The position numbers and the translations under genes were made by a program. A stretch of DNA of 64,000 bases, from assembly GCF_001194135.2 (NCBI RefSeq), contig NC_068989.1, positions 92,283,257 through 92,347,256 of the forward strand, read 5' to 3'. Under the pieces are notes generated by a model. The model saw nothing but the letters and a program-made list of their open reading frames with translations. It did no database searches and was not told the DNA's origin. This document shows positions 13,808 to 25,789 of this stretch, in pieces (positions within the stretch are counted from its first letter, which is position 1; each line of letters opens with the position of its first letter). The stretch comes from Octopus bimaculoides. Taxonomy: Eukaryota.

Positions 13808-14130
13808 GAAGACGTGTAGCTTAATGTTTAAGCTTTTTGGCTTACATTCTTAAGGCCGTGAGTTCAATCCCTGGCAACGTGTTGTGTCCTTGAGTAAGGC
13901 ACTTTATTTCACGTTGCTCCAGTCCACTCAGCTGCGAAAAATGAGTTGTACCTGTATTTCAAAAGGGGCCAGTCTTATCACATTCTGTGTCATGCTGAAT
14001 CTCCTTCTGAACTATGTTAATGTGACACGTGTCTGTGGAGTGCTCAATCACTAGCTCGCTAATTTCACTAGCAAGCTGTTCCGTTGATTTGGATCAAGTG
14101 GAACCCTAGTAGTGTTACGGACGGAGTGTT
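13808..14130 (+). mobile_element. tRNA-derived SINE family D, near full length
   Basis: GTGAGTTCAATCCC B-box, GTGTCCTTGAGTAAGGCACTT core, body shared with 35560-35910. Confidence 0.8.
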
Positions 14131-14132
14131 AG

Positions 14133-14199
<67 letters not shown>

Positions 14200-14581
14200 G
14201 ATAGATAGATGGATGTTTGTATGTGTATATATATATATANNNNNNNNNNNNNNNNNNNNNNNNNNNNNNNNNNNNNNNNNNNNNNNNNNNNNNNNNNNNN
14301 NNNNNNNNNNNNNNNNNNNNNNNNNNNNNNNNNNNNNNNNNNNNNNNNNNNNNNNNNNNNNNNNNNNNNNNNNNNNNNNNNNNNNNNNNNNNNNNNNNNN
14401 NNNNNNNNNNNNNNNNNNNNNNNNNNNNNNNNNNNNNNNNNNNNNNNNNNNNNNNNNNNNNNNNNNNNNNNNNNNNNNNNNNNNNNNNNNNNNNNNNNNN
14501 NNNNNNNNNNNNNNNNNNNNNNNNNNNNNNNNNNNNNNNNNNNNNNNNNNNNNNNNNNNNNNNNNNNATATGCATATATAC

Positions 14582-14733
14582 GGAGAATTCACAATAAACA
14601 AAAGACGAAGACAGGTGGTGTAGACAACAAACAGATGTATTAGTTATACGCTCGAGAAGTGAAAAAGTCTTTAACGTTTCAAGTCTATTCTCTTCGACAG
14701 AAAGAAACACAGAAAATAAAGAATGTATAGTGG

Positions 14734-14735
<2 letters not shown>
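14582..14735 (-). mobile_element. Family B (HHR-like repeat), degenerate copy
   Basis: Homologous to 33505-33690; minus strand reads CUUU-CUGUCGA-A-GAGAAUAGACUU-GAAAC-GUU-AAAG with stem II broken. Confidence 0.75.
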
Positions 14736-14772
<37 letters not shown>

Positions 14773-16372
14773 ACGTCCGTGTGTTTATTTGTGTTGTGTT
14801 TTTGTCTATGTACATATGCGGTCTTATATGCTTATATACATGCATATAGACTCACGCATTTAACACTCACATACACACATACGAACATAGAGGTAGATAG
14901 ATAGATAACGTAAACCTTAAGCAATCGAATATTTTGAAGCAGAAACTACTTATAAAATGCTAAGAAAGAGAGAAACAGCGAGGAAGAAATTGAAAGATAA
15001 AGCGAGAGTGAGAGAAAGAGAGTGTGAGAGAAAGAGAGAGAGACTGTGTGTGAGAATGAGAGAGTGAGAGAAAGAGAGAGATTGTGTGTGAGAAAGAGAA
15101 GGAGAGAGAGTGAGAGAAAGAGAGAGAGAAGGAGAGAGGTGTTTGTTAGTGTATCTGTATTTGGGTGGCGGCGCGTGTGCTGGTGCTTGTGTTTGCATTT
15201 AGATACGCGTTTGCTGAAGAATTTACAGCAATGGAATATAAACAAAGAAATGAGAAGACAGAGACAAACACTGACAGAGACAAGTGAAAGCAATCAAAAT
15301 GGCCGGATGCCAGATTGAAATCCATGGTAAGGCTCAAACAATCGCCGCTCTTATTCAATTGTTACTTGAAATGATAATGTCAGATTTTAGTTTCAATCAA
15401 GAGGTTCACAATTGTCATGGAGCAAATAGTTATACAATAGAGTAACATACAAATCATTTATATAATGTAAATGCATATAGCCAAGTGTTTCTGCCTAAAT
15501 GTGTTAATTATTATTAGTAAAGTGGTGGTGGCAATGTTGGCGGGGCCGTCACATATTAGAGTGAATCTGTATGAGGAAACGTGTTTCCGTGTGAGAGATT
15601 ATGTATTTGAATGTTTGTGTGAGTGTTTTCGGGTGTGAGTGCTGTACTGCGGGCGCATGTTGGCGTGCGTGTGTCTAGTAAGCAGGATAGGAACTTTACC
15701 ATAATATTTCTATATTTCTAGTGGTTTTATAAGTGCCGAACAGAGGATATACATTTAAGTATAGTGGTTTCTTTTTTCGTTTTTGTTTACCAATCTTTCT
15801 TTCTGGATTAAGTTGAAATACTTAGACAATGACGATAGTATATATATATATATATATNNNNNNNNNNNNNNNNNNNNNNNNNNNNNNNNNNNNNNNNNNN
15901 NNNNNNNNNNNNNNNNNNNNNNNNNNNNNNNNNNNNNNNNNNNNNNNNNNNNNNNNNNNNNNNNNNNNNNNNNNNNNNNNNNNNNNNNNNNNNNNNNNNN
16001 NNNNNNNNNNNNNNNNNNNNATATATATGGAAGTAAGTGTATATGTGTGTATATATATTCAGATGATACGAACGTATGTCGTTGTGTGTCGTTATAAATG
16101 TGTGTTTGTGTGACTGGATGCATACGTATAGGGACTTCTGCATTTGTAAACTGATATAAATTTATGAATATATATACACGCATGTCTTTGTCTGTGTGCT
16201 TTTATGTATACCTGTCGTTCGTGCATTTGTATGTGAGAGAGAATGAGCGAGAAAGAGAAGAAGAGAGAGAGAAAGTTTCAGAATGATTTAAATGAAAACA
16301 TAATTACTTGAATATATTACAGTATAAACTTTCAACAAAGGACGTATTGTTGTGGATTATTTAGGGTTTCGA

Positions 16373-16455
<83 letters not shown>

Positions 16456-16959
16456 CACCGGCCTACACACATATACATGCAAACACAGGTGCATACACGC
16501 ATACACAAACATCTCATTAATTAGATGGTGTGGTTGGGGGGAAAAAGCCGCTCAAGATTTGATAATTAGTATTTCATCATAAAGGTTGCCTTATTGTCAT
16601 GACTGTATTACTTACATCGCAATCGGCGTACTTCAGCGATTTCTCAATAGGTGGCAGCATTTAAACACTACAGGAGTACTAGAATACTGACGAGTGTTTG
16701 TCTCTGAGTGTTTGGTAAAGTAGTAATGGTGCATTCTATTAAGCATTTCAAGTATGTTTGCTTTGGAGGAAAACGTAGAAAATGAACTCCGTCAAATTGA
16801 CTTGACACATGCTGACGAAGTATTTCTTATTTGGTGAACGAAACTTAATTTACAGCCACCATATTGGTTTCACATTATGGCACAGGGCCAGCAATTTCAG
16901 GGAAAGTGTAAGTCGATGACATCGAACCTAGTGCATGTGTGTGTAGTTTAATAACACCT

Positions 16960-17965
16960 ATAAGTGCTTTTTCCATTCACCAAAGTGAATGGAGCCTTGG
17001 CCATGAGGAACTGATGTCGTCAAACGGTATCCAACTTTCATCGGGAGTTCGAACTTCAACCGTAACACCCTCCCGTTGGTGGGTCAGCAGATGTGGCCAA
17101 GTCACTACTGTTCATTTCCTCCTAGCTTCCAGCTTAACTATTCTCTCTTACTCCAAAACCGACAAGAGGTTCTTTCAGCTGCCTCTCCCATCCTGCGCAC
17201 AGCAACCCTTCGCTCCTTACCTCTCACTCCAATTGCTGTAAGAAATCGGAATGCTTACATGCTCCACGCCGACTGCGCAGGGGATCCCCTACAGCCAATC
17301 TCGACTGGGGAAAAGCCATACTTGCCATCCCTTCCCCCTGCATTTCTACAGAAGGCATCATGTTGAGGTCTTGGTCCAGTTGTTGCCATTTCTTTGTTTC
17401 ATCCATCATGGGCCATTTGATTCGTTCTATCGCTGGCTGGCATTGGCTTTCTCGTGTGGTATTGGGTGGGCTGCTCATCTTGATGACTTGAAGTGAAACA
17501 GATATTGAGAGACTTCCAGTCCTGTTGGCTGCTTACTGCCTGGATTTCTCCTGCGTCTCACCAGGTGTTATCACTGTGTGCTGCACCTGTTCCTCCTCTT
17601 CTCCACAGACGGACCTAACTCGGTTTATCTTGAGCCCTTTCTCATTCTTGCATATCTATCCGCAGTGACACTTTGCTTCCAATACCTCCCCAACTACTGA
17701 TATTTCGTCGGTGGTACAACTGAAAACTGCCACTGCGACTCTTCCTTCCCACTGTCAGACCTGGATCGTTGTCTCTTCAGCCCTTTTTCATTCTTGCAGA
17801 TCTTTTCACAGAGATATTTCTCTCCCACTATCTTTCCAGTTAAAGGTGACTGGAGCTGCATCTGCGTCCGTAAAACTTAAAACTTTTATTGTCGTTACCG
17901 TTGGATCTGTCCAGTTGAGTCTATCATTCTCCCACCCCGTCGCGGAAGACTCTGGGGTATCACAA
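16960..17965 (-). mobile_element. Internally deleted HERO-like (RLE) non-LTR retrotransposon lacking RT
   Basis: Minus-strand frames give the N-terminal Zn-finger CHCG*ICKNEKGLKI, PGETQE and RIKWP...KWQQLDQDL joined directly (~17355) to the C-terminal GWQVWLFP-VEIGCRG and FLTAIGVRGKERRVAVRRMGEAAERTSCRFWSKRE*, then a 3' UTR. Confidence 0.75.
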
Positions 17966-17974
17966 CTACTTTGT

Positions 17975-18215
17975 TATCTCCCCTTCTTCCTGGCTATCTT
18001 GTGTGACCCCTCTGTCCGGCATTCGCCATGATAGATCGCTAGCCACTATACCCTTTTCTATTTTCTCGCCCCGTTTATTTCTGTGGTCCTTTCTGTCGAA
18101 GAGCGTAGGTTCGAAACGGAAAAGACTTTCTCACATCCCGAGCGTTAAGTTGATACATCTGTGTGTTTACACACCCGTCTTCGTCTTTTTTTTTGTTTTT
18201 TATTTGTAAATTCTC
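17975..18215 (+). mobile_element. Family B (HHR-like repeat) copy abutting the HERO 5' end
   Basis: Reverse complement of 33505-33760; HHR-like CCUUU-CUGUCGA-A-GAGC(GUAG)GUUC-GAAAC-GGA-AAAG at 18088-18124. Confidence 0.8.
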
Positions 18216-18336
18216 ACTATATATATATATATATGAGTTCAGCAAAAATTTAGATTCAGATGAATATGGTACTTAAGTTGAGGCACCAGAATTTAGTACG
18301 GTATTATCCATACAATTTCGAAATAAGGTGATTAGA

Positions 18337-18407
18337 ATCAAAATCAGCAACAAGGATATCCAGAGGTAATGCAGTACTGCATTACCTCTGGATATCTTTG
18401 CTTATTT

Positions 18408-18411
<4 letters not shown>
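18337..18411. repeat. Perfect 42-bp spacerless palindrome (18355-18396) with imperfect arm extension
   Basis: GATATCCAGAGGTAATGCAGT|ACTGCATTACCTCTGGATATC, flanked by ATCAAAATCAGCAA and TTGCTTATTTTGAT. Confidence 0.97.
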
Positions 18412-18470
<59 letters not shown>

Positions 18471-18498
18471 TACATATACGTACCTCTCTCTCTCTATC

Positions 18499-18546
<48 letters not shown>

Positions 18547-19148
18547 CATACACACATACATATACGTACCTTTCTCTCTATGTGTGTGTGTATATATATA
18601 TATGTATGTATGTATGTATGAAGGACACATTATACACTGGGAACATGGCAATATTAAAGAGCCATAGAATATACTTAATGATGAGTACATTTTATGATGA
18701 CAGAACTAGGGCTATGCACTAACAAAAATATTTTTATTTTATGAAGCAGTATGAATGAATTTCTCATAGATGTAACCAAGTTTGCTTAATTCAAAATCTG
18801 TCATTCAATAGAATTTTGTTTTTATCATTAATTTCTAATATTAATTAATTTCGTGACGCCAGTTTAATTATCTTAAATAGTTACTATTGAGTGGTACAGG
18901 TTTCCGATGTCAAAGATGTCATTAACTTGCAGATTTGATTTTAAATTCTCCTGTGAAAAGAAAAATTAGGAAATGAGTGAATTGTTTGACAGCATTATGC
19001 TTAATAGAGATACAATACGCGCTGAAGAAATGCACATGTTAATAGAAACATTCTCACCGAATTGTCATGGTACTTACAGTGACTGATATATTTCATACAT
19101 GTCGAATTCTTCATTCGGTTGAAAAAATATTTATAACATATCATACAA

Positions 19149-19205
<57 letters not shown>

Positions 19206-19689
19206 CATCCACTATCTTTCCGTATATCTCGCGCCAAATGTATATGTGTGTCTTTCTATATATGCATAGCTTGGTCTATCCATCTATCTATCTATATGTC
19301 TGTCTGTCTATCTAATTATCTAACTATCTATCTATCTGTCTGTCTATATATCTATCTATCTCTCAGTCTACCTATCCGTCCATCCATCCATCCATCTATC
19401 TGTATATGTATGTAAATAAACACGCACACGCATATATGCATTTATAGATAGATACATACATACATACATTTATATATGTATATACACAATATAGATATAA
19501 CGAAATTCCTACACGTAAACACATTCATGTTAGTATCAGTGTGTGTTACACACACAGCCCCCCCCCCTATATGTGTGTGTGTGTGTGTGTCCTTGTATGC
19601 AACTTTTAGTGAGATAAATAGTGATATGTTTTGGTTGGTTTGATCGCCTCAAACCACTAAATCTTTATTCTCTCCAGTGCCACTGTGAA

Positions 19690-20000
19690 CGGTACATCAT
19701 TTGCACAATGTGGAGAATATAGCAACAGCTTTGCCAAAATGACCTTAACATTAGATTCAACGTTCATCCACGTCTCGTACAACGTAATATATTCTCCCTA
19801 CACATTCAGGGTCACAACACATAAATTCACTGCAACATTTTTTCCCCTCACCATGCGCTGCTCTCTTTAACATGATTCGAAAACAATCCAAGAACAGGAT
19901 CTCATCTCCTTCAAACGAAGCCTGGACAAATTTCTTCAAGATTACAGACGACAACTCCATAATTGAATGGGCCATGATATTACAAAACTTGACTTAAAAA
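19690..20000 (+). mobile_element. CR1/L2-type LINE 3' end, decayed
   Basis: Frameshifted peptides ICTMWRI*QQLCQNDLNIRFNVHPRL, AALFNMI and QDLISFKRSLDKFLQ match CR1-group ORF2 C-termini. Confidence 0.7.
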
Positions 20001-20997
20001 TGAACCAACAAATCCTATCAGGCGGTGTTATAAAGTTAGTCAATCTTTGGCCGAAACATATCTAACCTATCTAAGTTATCATCGAGAAAAGCGCTGCTCT
20101 ACTAACAAAGATCTTGAATATTTCTTTGTTTCTGACAATCCGTTATCACATTCACCGTTAAAAGTACAATAAAACAAGAGTTACTTCACTGGATACCAAC
20201 AATGCTATTCTTTACAAATTCCATTACGAATTGCATGATATTAATAATAAATTTGTTAATAAATAAATAATGTACCTTAGAGATTTAAGCGTTTGAGACA
20301 GGTGTATGTCTGATAAAAGATCGTTTCGTTTCTGCGTAGATTAAAAAAATTAACTCTTTCTAATCTTAAAGATTTATACGATAAGTACCGAACAGTCATA
20401 TAAATGGGGGTTATTTTGCTGATCTGAGAAATATATAATGGTGGTTTTGGTAATGTGCTGTGTACTGTTTAAAAATCCTCTTCGTATGCATGCCTCAAAC
20501 TGTGCCGGGACAAGGAAGTTCTTGGCAGTTATCTCCGCCAGCTACAAACAGTGGTTAGTACTTCATCGAATCATACTCCACCGTCTAAGATACAGTCAGA
20601 ATAGAAAACATATTGAAGTCAGGTTTTGCCTCAGAAAAACAGAAAAAGTTGCATGATGAAAGCTGGATTAAATTTTGAACATATTCCTGTTGGGAATCAC
20701 AAGTAAAACTCTCTCGATACATTTCCTGTCATATCTTCTACGAATTGTGTAAAAATTAATTCCAGTAATTTTTTTTAATGCTTTTCTTAAATGTTTTCTA
20801 ATTTCACAAAAGAAAAAAAAAAAGAGACAATTTTGTATTCCAACACTTTTTCTTGTTTGTGTGAATTAAGAAATAATAGAAAGATTTGATGTGAACAAGA
20901 AATCACAACATCGTCATGGACATCATCACCACCAACAGTAACGAGAAATATAACAATAATAATGATGATAATAGTAATCATTTCTAATTTTATCACG

Positions 20998-21166
20998 AGA
21001 CCAGCAAATGTGTGGGAGGAGAATAGTCAATTATCTTGACTTCAGTGATCAATTGGTATTTAGTTTATCAATCCCAAAAGCACTGAAAAGCAACTCCCAA
21101 CGTGAAGGCAAACAAAATACCGCGAGGCATTTTGCCCGGCGGGCTTAAGATTCTGCCAACACGCCA
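20998..21166 (-). mobile_element. SINE family C, diverged
   Basis: Reverse complement starts CTGGCGTGTTGGCAGAATCTTAAGCCCGCCGGGCAAAATGCC. Confidence 0.7.
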
Positions 21167-21209
21167 GTAATAATGATAATTATAATAATTAACGGTGAAA
21201 GAAGAAACA

Positions 21210-21521
21210 TGCCAGAATATTTGGTAAACAGCAAAGAAGCCCTACTACAGTATGTTGCTAGTGCGGGAGTTAACAAAAATGGTTAGCTTGGGATGTGAAG
21301 CAGTTGTGGTCGGTGAAAAAGGTGGTAGTAGTACTAATAATTGTCGGAGCCCTGGGAACAGTGAGTAAAAATCTCGAGAAGTACATGGAACAAATAGAGG
21401 CTGCAATAAAGGAGCACTTGCAGAAAACAGCACTGCTTGGAACCGCTCGAATACTCCGGAAGGTGCTCGAAAAATAAGAGGTGTTACCTTTGTTCACTGG
21501 TAGTGTCAGCTGTTCACTACC
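21210..21521 (+). mobile_element. R4/Dong-like RLE retrotransposon 3' fragment
   Basis: PEYLVNSKEALLQYV joined to WDVKQLWSVKKVVVVLIIVGALGTVSKNLEKY...LQKTALLGTARILRKVLEK*, a typical R4-clade C-terminus. Confidence 0.75.
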
Positions 21522-22221
21522 GGCCTTCACTGGACGATACCTCAACTTCAATTCCCACTGTCCACACAGTACAAAGAAAGCAATTGCTAAGTGCCTAAAA
21601 CATCGAGCAAAGACTATAAGTAGCGATCGTGATACACACCACGAAGAAATGATCTGTTAAGTAACAACTACCCCAAAAGTATATTATCCATTCCAATTAT
21701 GAAGAAAAGAGAGAATGAAACCAATAAACTGTATACAGTCTGTCTACCCTATGTGAAAGGCCTCTCCGAAAAGATACAAAATATATGCAGCCCATATGAC
21801 ACCAGGACAGTATTCAAGAGTAATACAACACTTCGCAAATATCTCCTTCGGGTAAAAACCACCAATAGAAGAGAATGTGACCAAAGACTGCGTGTACTCC
21901 ATCCCATGCAGCTGTGGTAGGTTATACAAAGGCGAAACATGTCGCCCCCTCAAAATAAGTGTAGAGGAACATCGCAAAGCTGTTACAAGAGGAGATATTG
22001 ATAAATCGGTTATAGTTGATCATGTATGGAAAAATGGAGACCACCTCCCCCTGTGGGATGAAGTTAAAATAACAGACAGAGAACACCAGTGGAAAATACG
22101 AAAACTAAAAGAAGCATCACATATGCTAGGACACAACAACCTCCTAAGCAGACTGAGTGCAGATATGAATAGCATATGGGAACCGGTATTAAGGAAGGAT
22201 AGGCAAATATTAGATTTATAA
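21522..22221 (+). pseudogene. 5'-truncated Penelope-like element ORF (RT thumb/linker plus GIY-YIG endonuclease), two frameshifts
   Basis: FTGRYLNFNSHCPHSTKKAIAKCLKHRAKTIS; LPYVKGLSEKI; CVYSIPCSCGRLYKGET...EEHRKAV...VDHVW...RKLKEA, with a short GIY-YIG linker of Penelope/Poseidon type. Confidence 0.9.
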
Positions 22222-22250
22222 ACCCTAAAATTCACTCCATAATTGCCCAC

Positions 22251-22500
22251 GGGCATATGACGTAGAGGTTAAGAGCGCGGGCTACTAACCCTAAGAGTCT
22301 GAGTTCGATTCTAGAAAGTGACCTGAATAATAATAATAATAATAATAACAACAACAACATCGAATAAAACCTTAGGAATGAGAACCCAGGTTCGAAATTT
22401 CCCCAAGACACTTGATGAATTCTGGAGGGTATATCAGCCGAAACGTTGTGTTAACAACAAACAAGATGAGGACAAATATCCGTCAAATGTAAATAATGTA
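22251..22500 (+). mobile_element. Family P element, full architecture: tRNA-like head, (AAT)n(AAC)n, HHR, 50-nt tail
   Basis: A-box-like TGACGTAGAGG (22258), GGG-CTACTAA-CCC anticodon-like arm, B-box GAGTTCGATTC (22301), HHR at 22407-22452 with UUGAUGA core and damaged stem II; no T4 run until 22507. Confidence 0.85.
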
Positions 22501-22529
22501 TAATTCATTTTAAACTGGAAAATTTATAG

Positions 22530-22705
22530 AAGGGTTTTGTAACTCGATGCCATCAACCATAGTACGTGACTAGCATTTTGTTTTATCGATTCCGATACGA
22601 CGAAAGGCAAGGTTGACCTAAGCAAGATTTAGACTTAGAATGTAAAGCACTGGAAGAAATGCTGCTAAGCATTTTGTGTGATGCTCTACCGATTCTCCCA
22701 GCGCC
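22530..22705 (-). mobile_element. SINE family C
   Basis: GAAAGGCAAGGTTGACCT...AGAATGTAAAG...AAATGCTGCTAAGCATTTTG...GATTCTCCCAGCGCC. Confidence 0.75.
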
Positions 22706-23929
22706 CTGCACTAATTGATGATGATAATGAAATGGACAAGGAGGAGGAGGAGGACTATGACGACGACAAGAATGATGGCGATGATGGTGATGGCGGTGGT
22801 GGTGATGGTGTTAATATTTGTGGTGATGGTGGTGGTGGTTGTGATTATGATGGTGGTGATGATGATAATAATGATATAGTGATGATGACGGTGTTGCTGA
22901 TGATGTCGATTCATGAAGACAATGATGATGTGAGACGTGCTCCATCAGAGGGGACGTTGGCTTAAGCCAACAATATCACCACCAGCACTAACAACAAAAA
23001 ACGACAACAACAACAACAACAACTTAATCCGAAGCGATATGTTAATCGAGAAGACAGAAGAGAACTTCACCAAAATTCACAACGATCCAATCAGGAGAGA
23101 AAAACCGCCGATAACGAATAAAATGACTTTCACCAAACTGACTTATTATGACTTTACCGCCTTACATACACCCACACACACATAAGCACACACAAACACA
23201 CACACGTATAGACACGCAAACACACATACATACACATATATATGCCATAAAGCCAAAGACAGTGAAACAAGAAGTGTCATGTGATTTAGAAAACGGAAAG
23301 AAAAATGGTAAGGTATTGCTTTAAGGAACATCAAAACTATTTGCGATAACGCCATATTATTTCTCGTCGTTACGACGACGCATTTTCATGGAAACAACAA
23401 GTAGAAAATTACGCAAAAAGGTACCATTAAAAGACAAAGCTTTCATTCACACGCACGCATACACAGACAGAGACACACACAGAGACAAACAAATATACAC
23501 ATACAAACACACACACGCAGAAATACAAACACTCACACACACACACACGCAGCCACAGTATACATATGTACACATGCAGGTTTATCTGAAAGTGTATAGA
23601 CTTTTAAGTATATATGTGTATGTGTATATATATGCGTAAACAGTCATAAATAGTATATATTCATCTGTGTACACACACACACACACACACACATGCATGC
23701 ATATTTATGCGTATGCATGTGTATGTATATGCATATATACACACATTTACATATATGCATACACACATATATATATATTCATATATATATGTATGTACCT
23801 ATATGTATATATATATAATATACATATATATATTTGTATATATGTGTGTGTATATATATATATACATATATATTACATACGTATATATATATACATATCT
23901 ATATAAATATATGCATACACACACACACA

Positions 23930-24003
<74 letters not shown>

Positions 24004-24513
24004 TTTAACATATGTATATATATGTACATCGCAGTTTACTTTGCGTCGTTCTTTATACAGAAATATTCGACCAAACATTTCCAATCTGTTCCAACATGTA
24101 GCAAATCCAAACAATCTGTTGATTTCTTCTGGACATTATTAGAATGACGAAATTGTTGGCTTTATGTCTTTTTTTTTTCTCCTATTTGCCATTTTTTTTA
24201 TTTTGTTGTTATCACTCTTGTAATTGTTGATTTTGGCATTGGTTGTGAAGTGAATGTAGTGTTGACACTAGTATTGGCGGTGGTTGAGGTAGTGTTGGTG
24301 ATAGTGGTATTGGTGATGGTACTGCTATCAGCAATGACAGAGGAGTCTCACGGTGGCGGTGGTAGTTGTGTGGTGTTGGTGGAGATTTGGGTTTTCATTC
24401 TCCTGTTTATTTGTTGTTTAAAATGTTTAGAGGAAAGGTTTTCGTTTATATGGAATCGCAAGAAATTGGTTTCAGATCAAGAGAGATAAGGCTTAATGTA
24501 AACACACAAACAC

Positions 24514-24555
<42 letters not shown>

Positions 24556-24565
24556 NNNNNNNNNN

Positions 24566-24602
<37 letters not shown>

Positions 24603-24675
24603 AATTATACCCGAACAAAGACACACACATATATATATAACAATTAGCTTATACAATACGAAAATACCTCAGTAT

Positions 24676-24860
24676 CTTTATTTCTTTATTGCCTACAGGG
24701 GGCATAGAGGGGACAAACAAGGAGAGAGAAAGGGATTAAGTCGATTACATCGACACCAGTGCATAACAGGGTACTTATTGAATCGACCCCGAAAGGATGA
24801 AAAGCAAAGTTGACCTCGGCGGAATTTGAACTTAGAACGTAACGGCAGCCAAAATAAATA
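24676..24860 (-). mobile_element. SINE family C, 5'-truncated
   Basis: AAGTCGATTACATCGACACCAG...TCGACCCCGAAAGGATGAAAAGCAAAGTTGACCTCGGCGGAATTTGAACT. Confidence 0.85.
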
Positions 24861-24962
24861 CCTCAGTGTATTGCTTATAAACATACACATGTACATACAC
24901 AGATGAATGACCACGTGCACATATGCACACACATACAAACATACATACATATACATACATAC

Positions 24963-25012
<50 letters not shown>

Positions 25013-25354
25013 TGTGTGTGTGTATTTATGTATACAGATTATACGTGTGTATGTAGGCACGCGTATACTAGTATTTGAACGGATGCGTTCACACACGCAT
25101 TCAAACGCCTACCTGGGTGTGGCTATGAAGAATATATATTTCCGGATTTTAATATTTTATAACATCACTGTTTTCTATTCTTTTATTCTTTTCCATGTTT
25201 CAGTCACTTGACATTGGCCATGCTGGAGCAACGCCTCAAAGGGTTTCAATCGATAAAACCGACCCTAATAATTAATTTTTCTAAACCTGATATTTATTCT
25301 ATCGGTCTCAGGGGCGAACCGATAATTCTCTCTCTCTGTCGTATATATGTGTGG

Positions 25355-25429
<75 letters not shown>

Positions 25430-25789
25430 NNNNNNNNNNNNNNNNNNNNNNNNNNNNNNNNNNNNNNNNNNNNNNNNNNNNNNNNNNNNNNNNNNNNNNN
25501 NNNNNNNNNNNNNNNNNNNNNNNNNNNNNNNNNNNNNNNNNNNNNNNNNNNNNNNNNNNNNNNNNNNNNNNNNNNNNNNNNNNNNNNNNNNNNNNNNNNN
25601 NNNNNNNNNNNNNNNNNNNNNNNNNNNNNNNNNNNNNNNNNNNNNNNNNNNNNNNNNNNNNNNNNNNNNNNNNNNNNNNNNNNNNNNNNNNNNNNNNNNN
25701 NNNNNNNNNNNNNNNNNNNNNNNNNNNNNNNNNNNNNNNNNNNNNNNNNNNNNNNNNNNNNNNNNNNNNNNNNNATAAATCTTCTTTGG

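Noticed and set aside
15299-15326. Candidate first exon MAGCQIEIH with a GTAAGG donor
   Set aside because: Too short to distinguish from chance; no downstream partner identified
16856-16907. Plus-strand 52-nt segment with good acceptor and donor
   Set aside because: All three frames are open but none is recognisable; on the opposite strand to the best exon candidate; needs RNA-seq
18678-18720. Two ATGATGA C-box-like motifs (C/D snoRNA)
   Set aside because: No CTGA D box or terminal stem at a suitable distance
22251-22325. tRNA-Ser(ACU)-like gene
   Set aside because: No acceptor-stem pairing or long variable arm, non-standard anticodon, and it is embedded in a repeated element; treated as a SINE-type head
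22678-22965. Acidic Asp/Gly-rich ORF and opposite-strand His/Ile/Thr ORF
   Set aside because: Degenerate (GAT/GGT)n trinucleotide tract; the same applies to 3425-3745, 24250-24489 and 60724-60939
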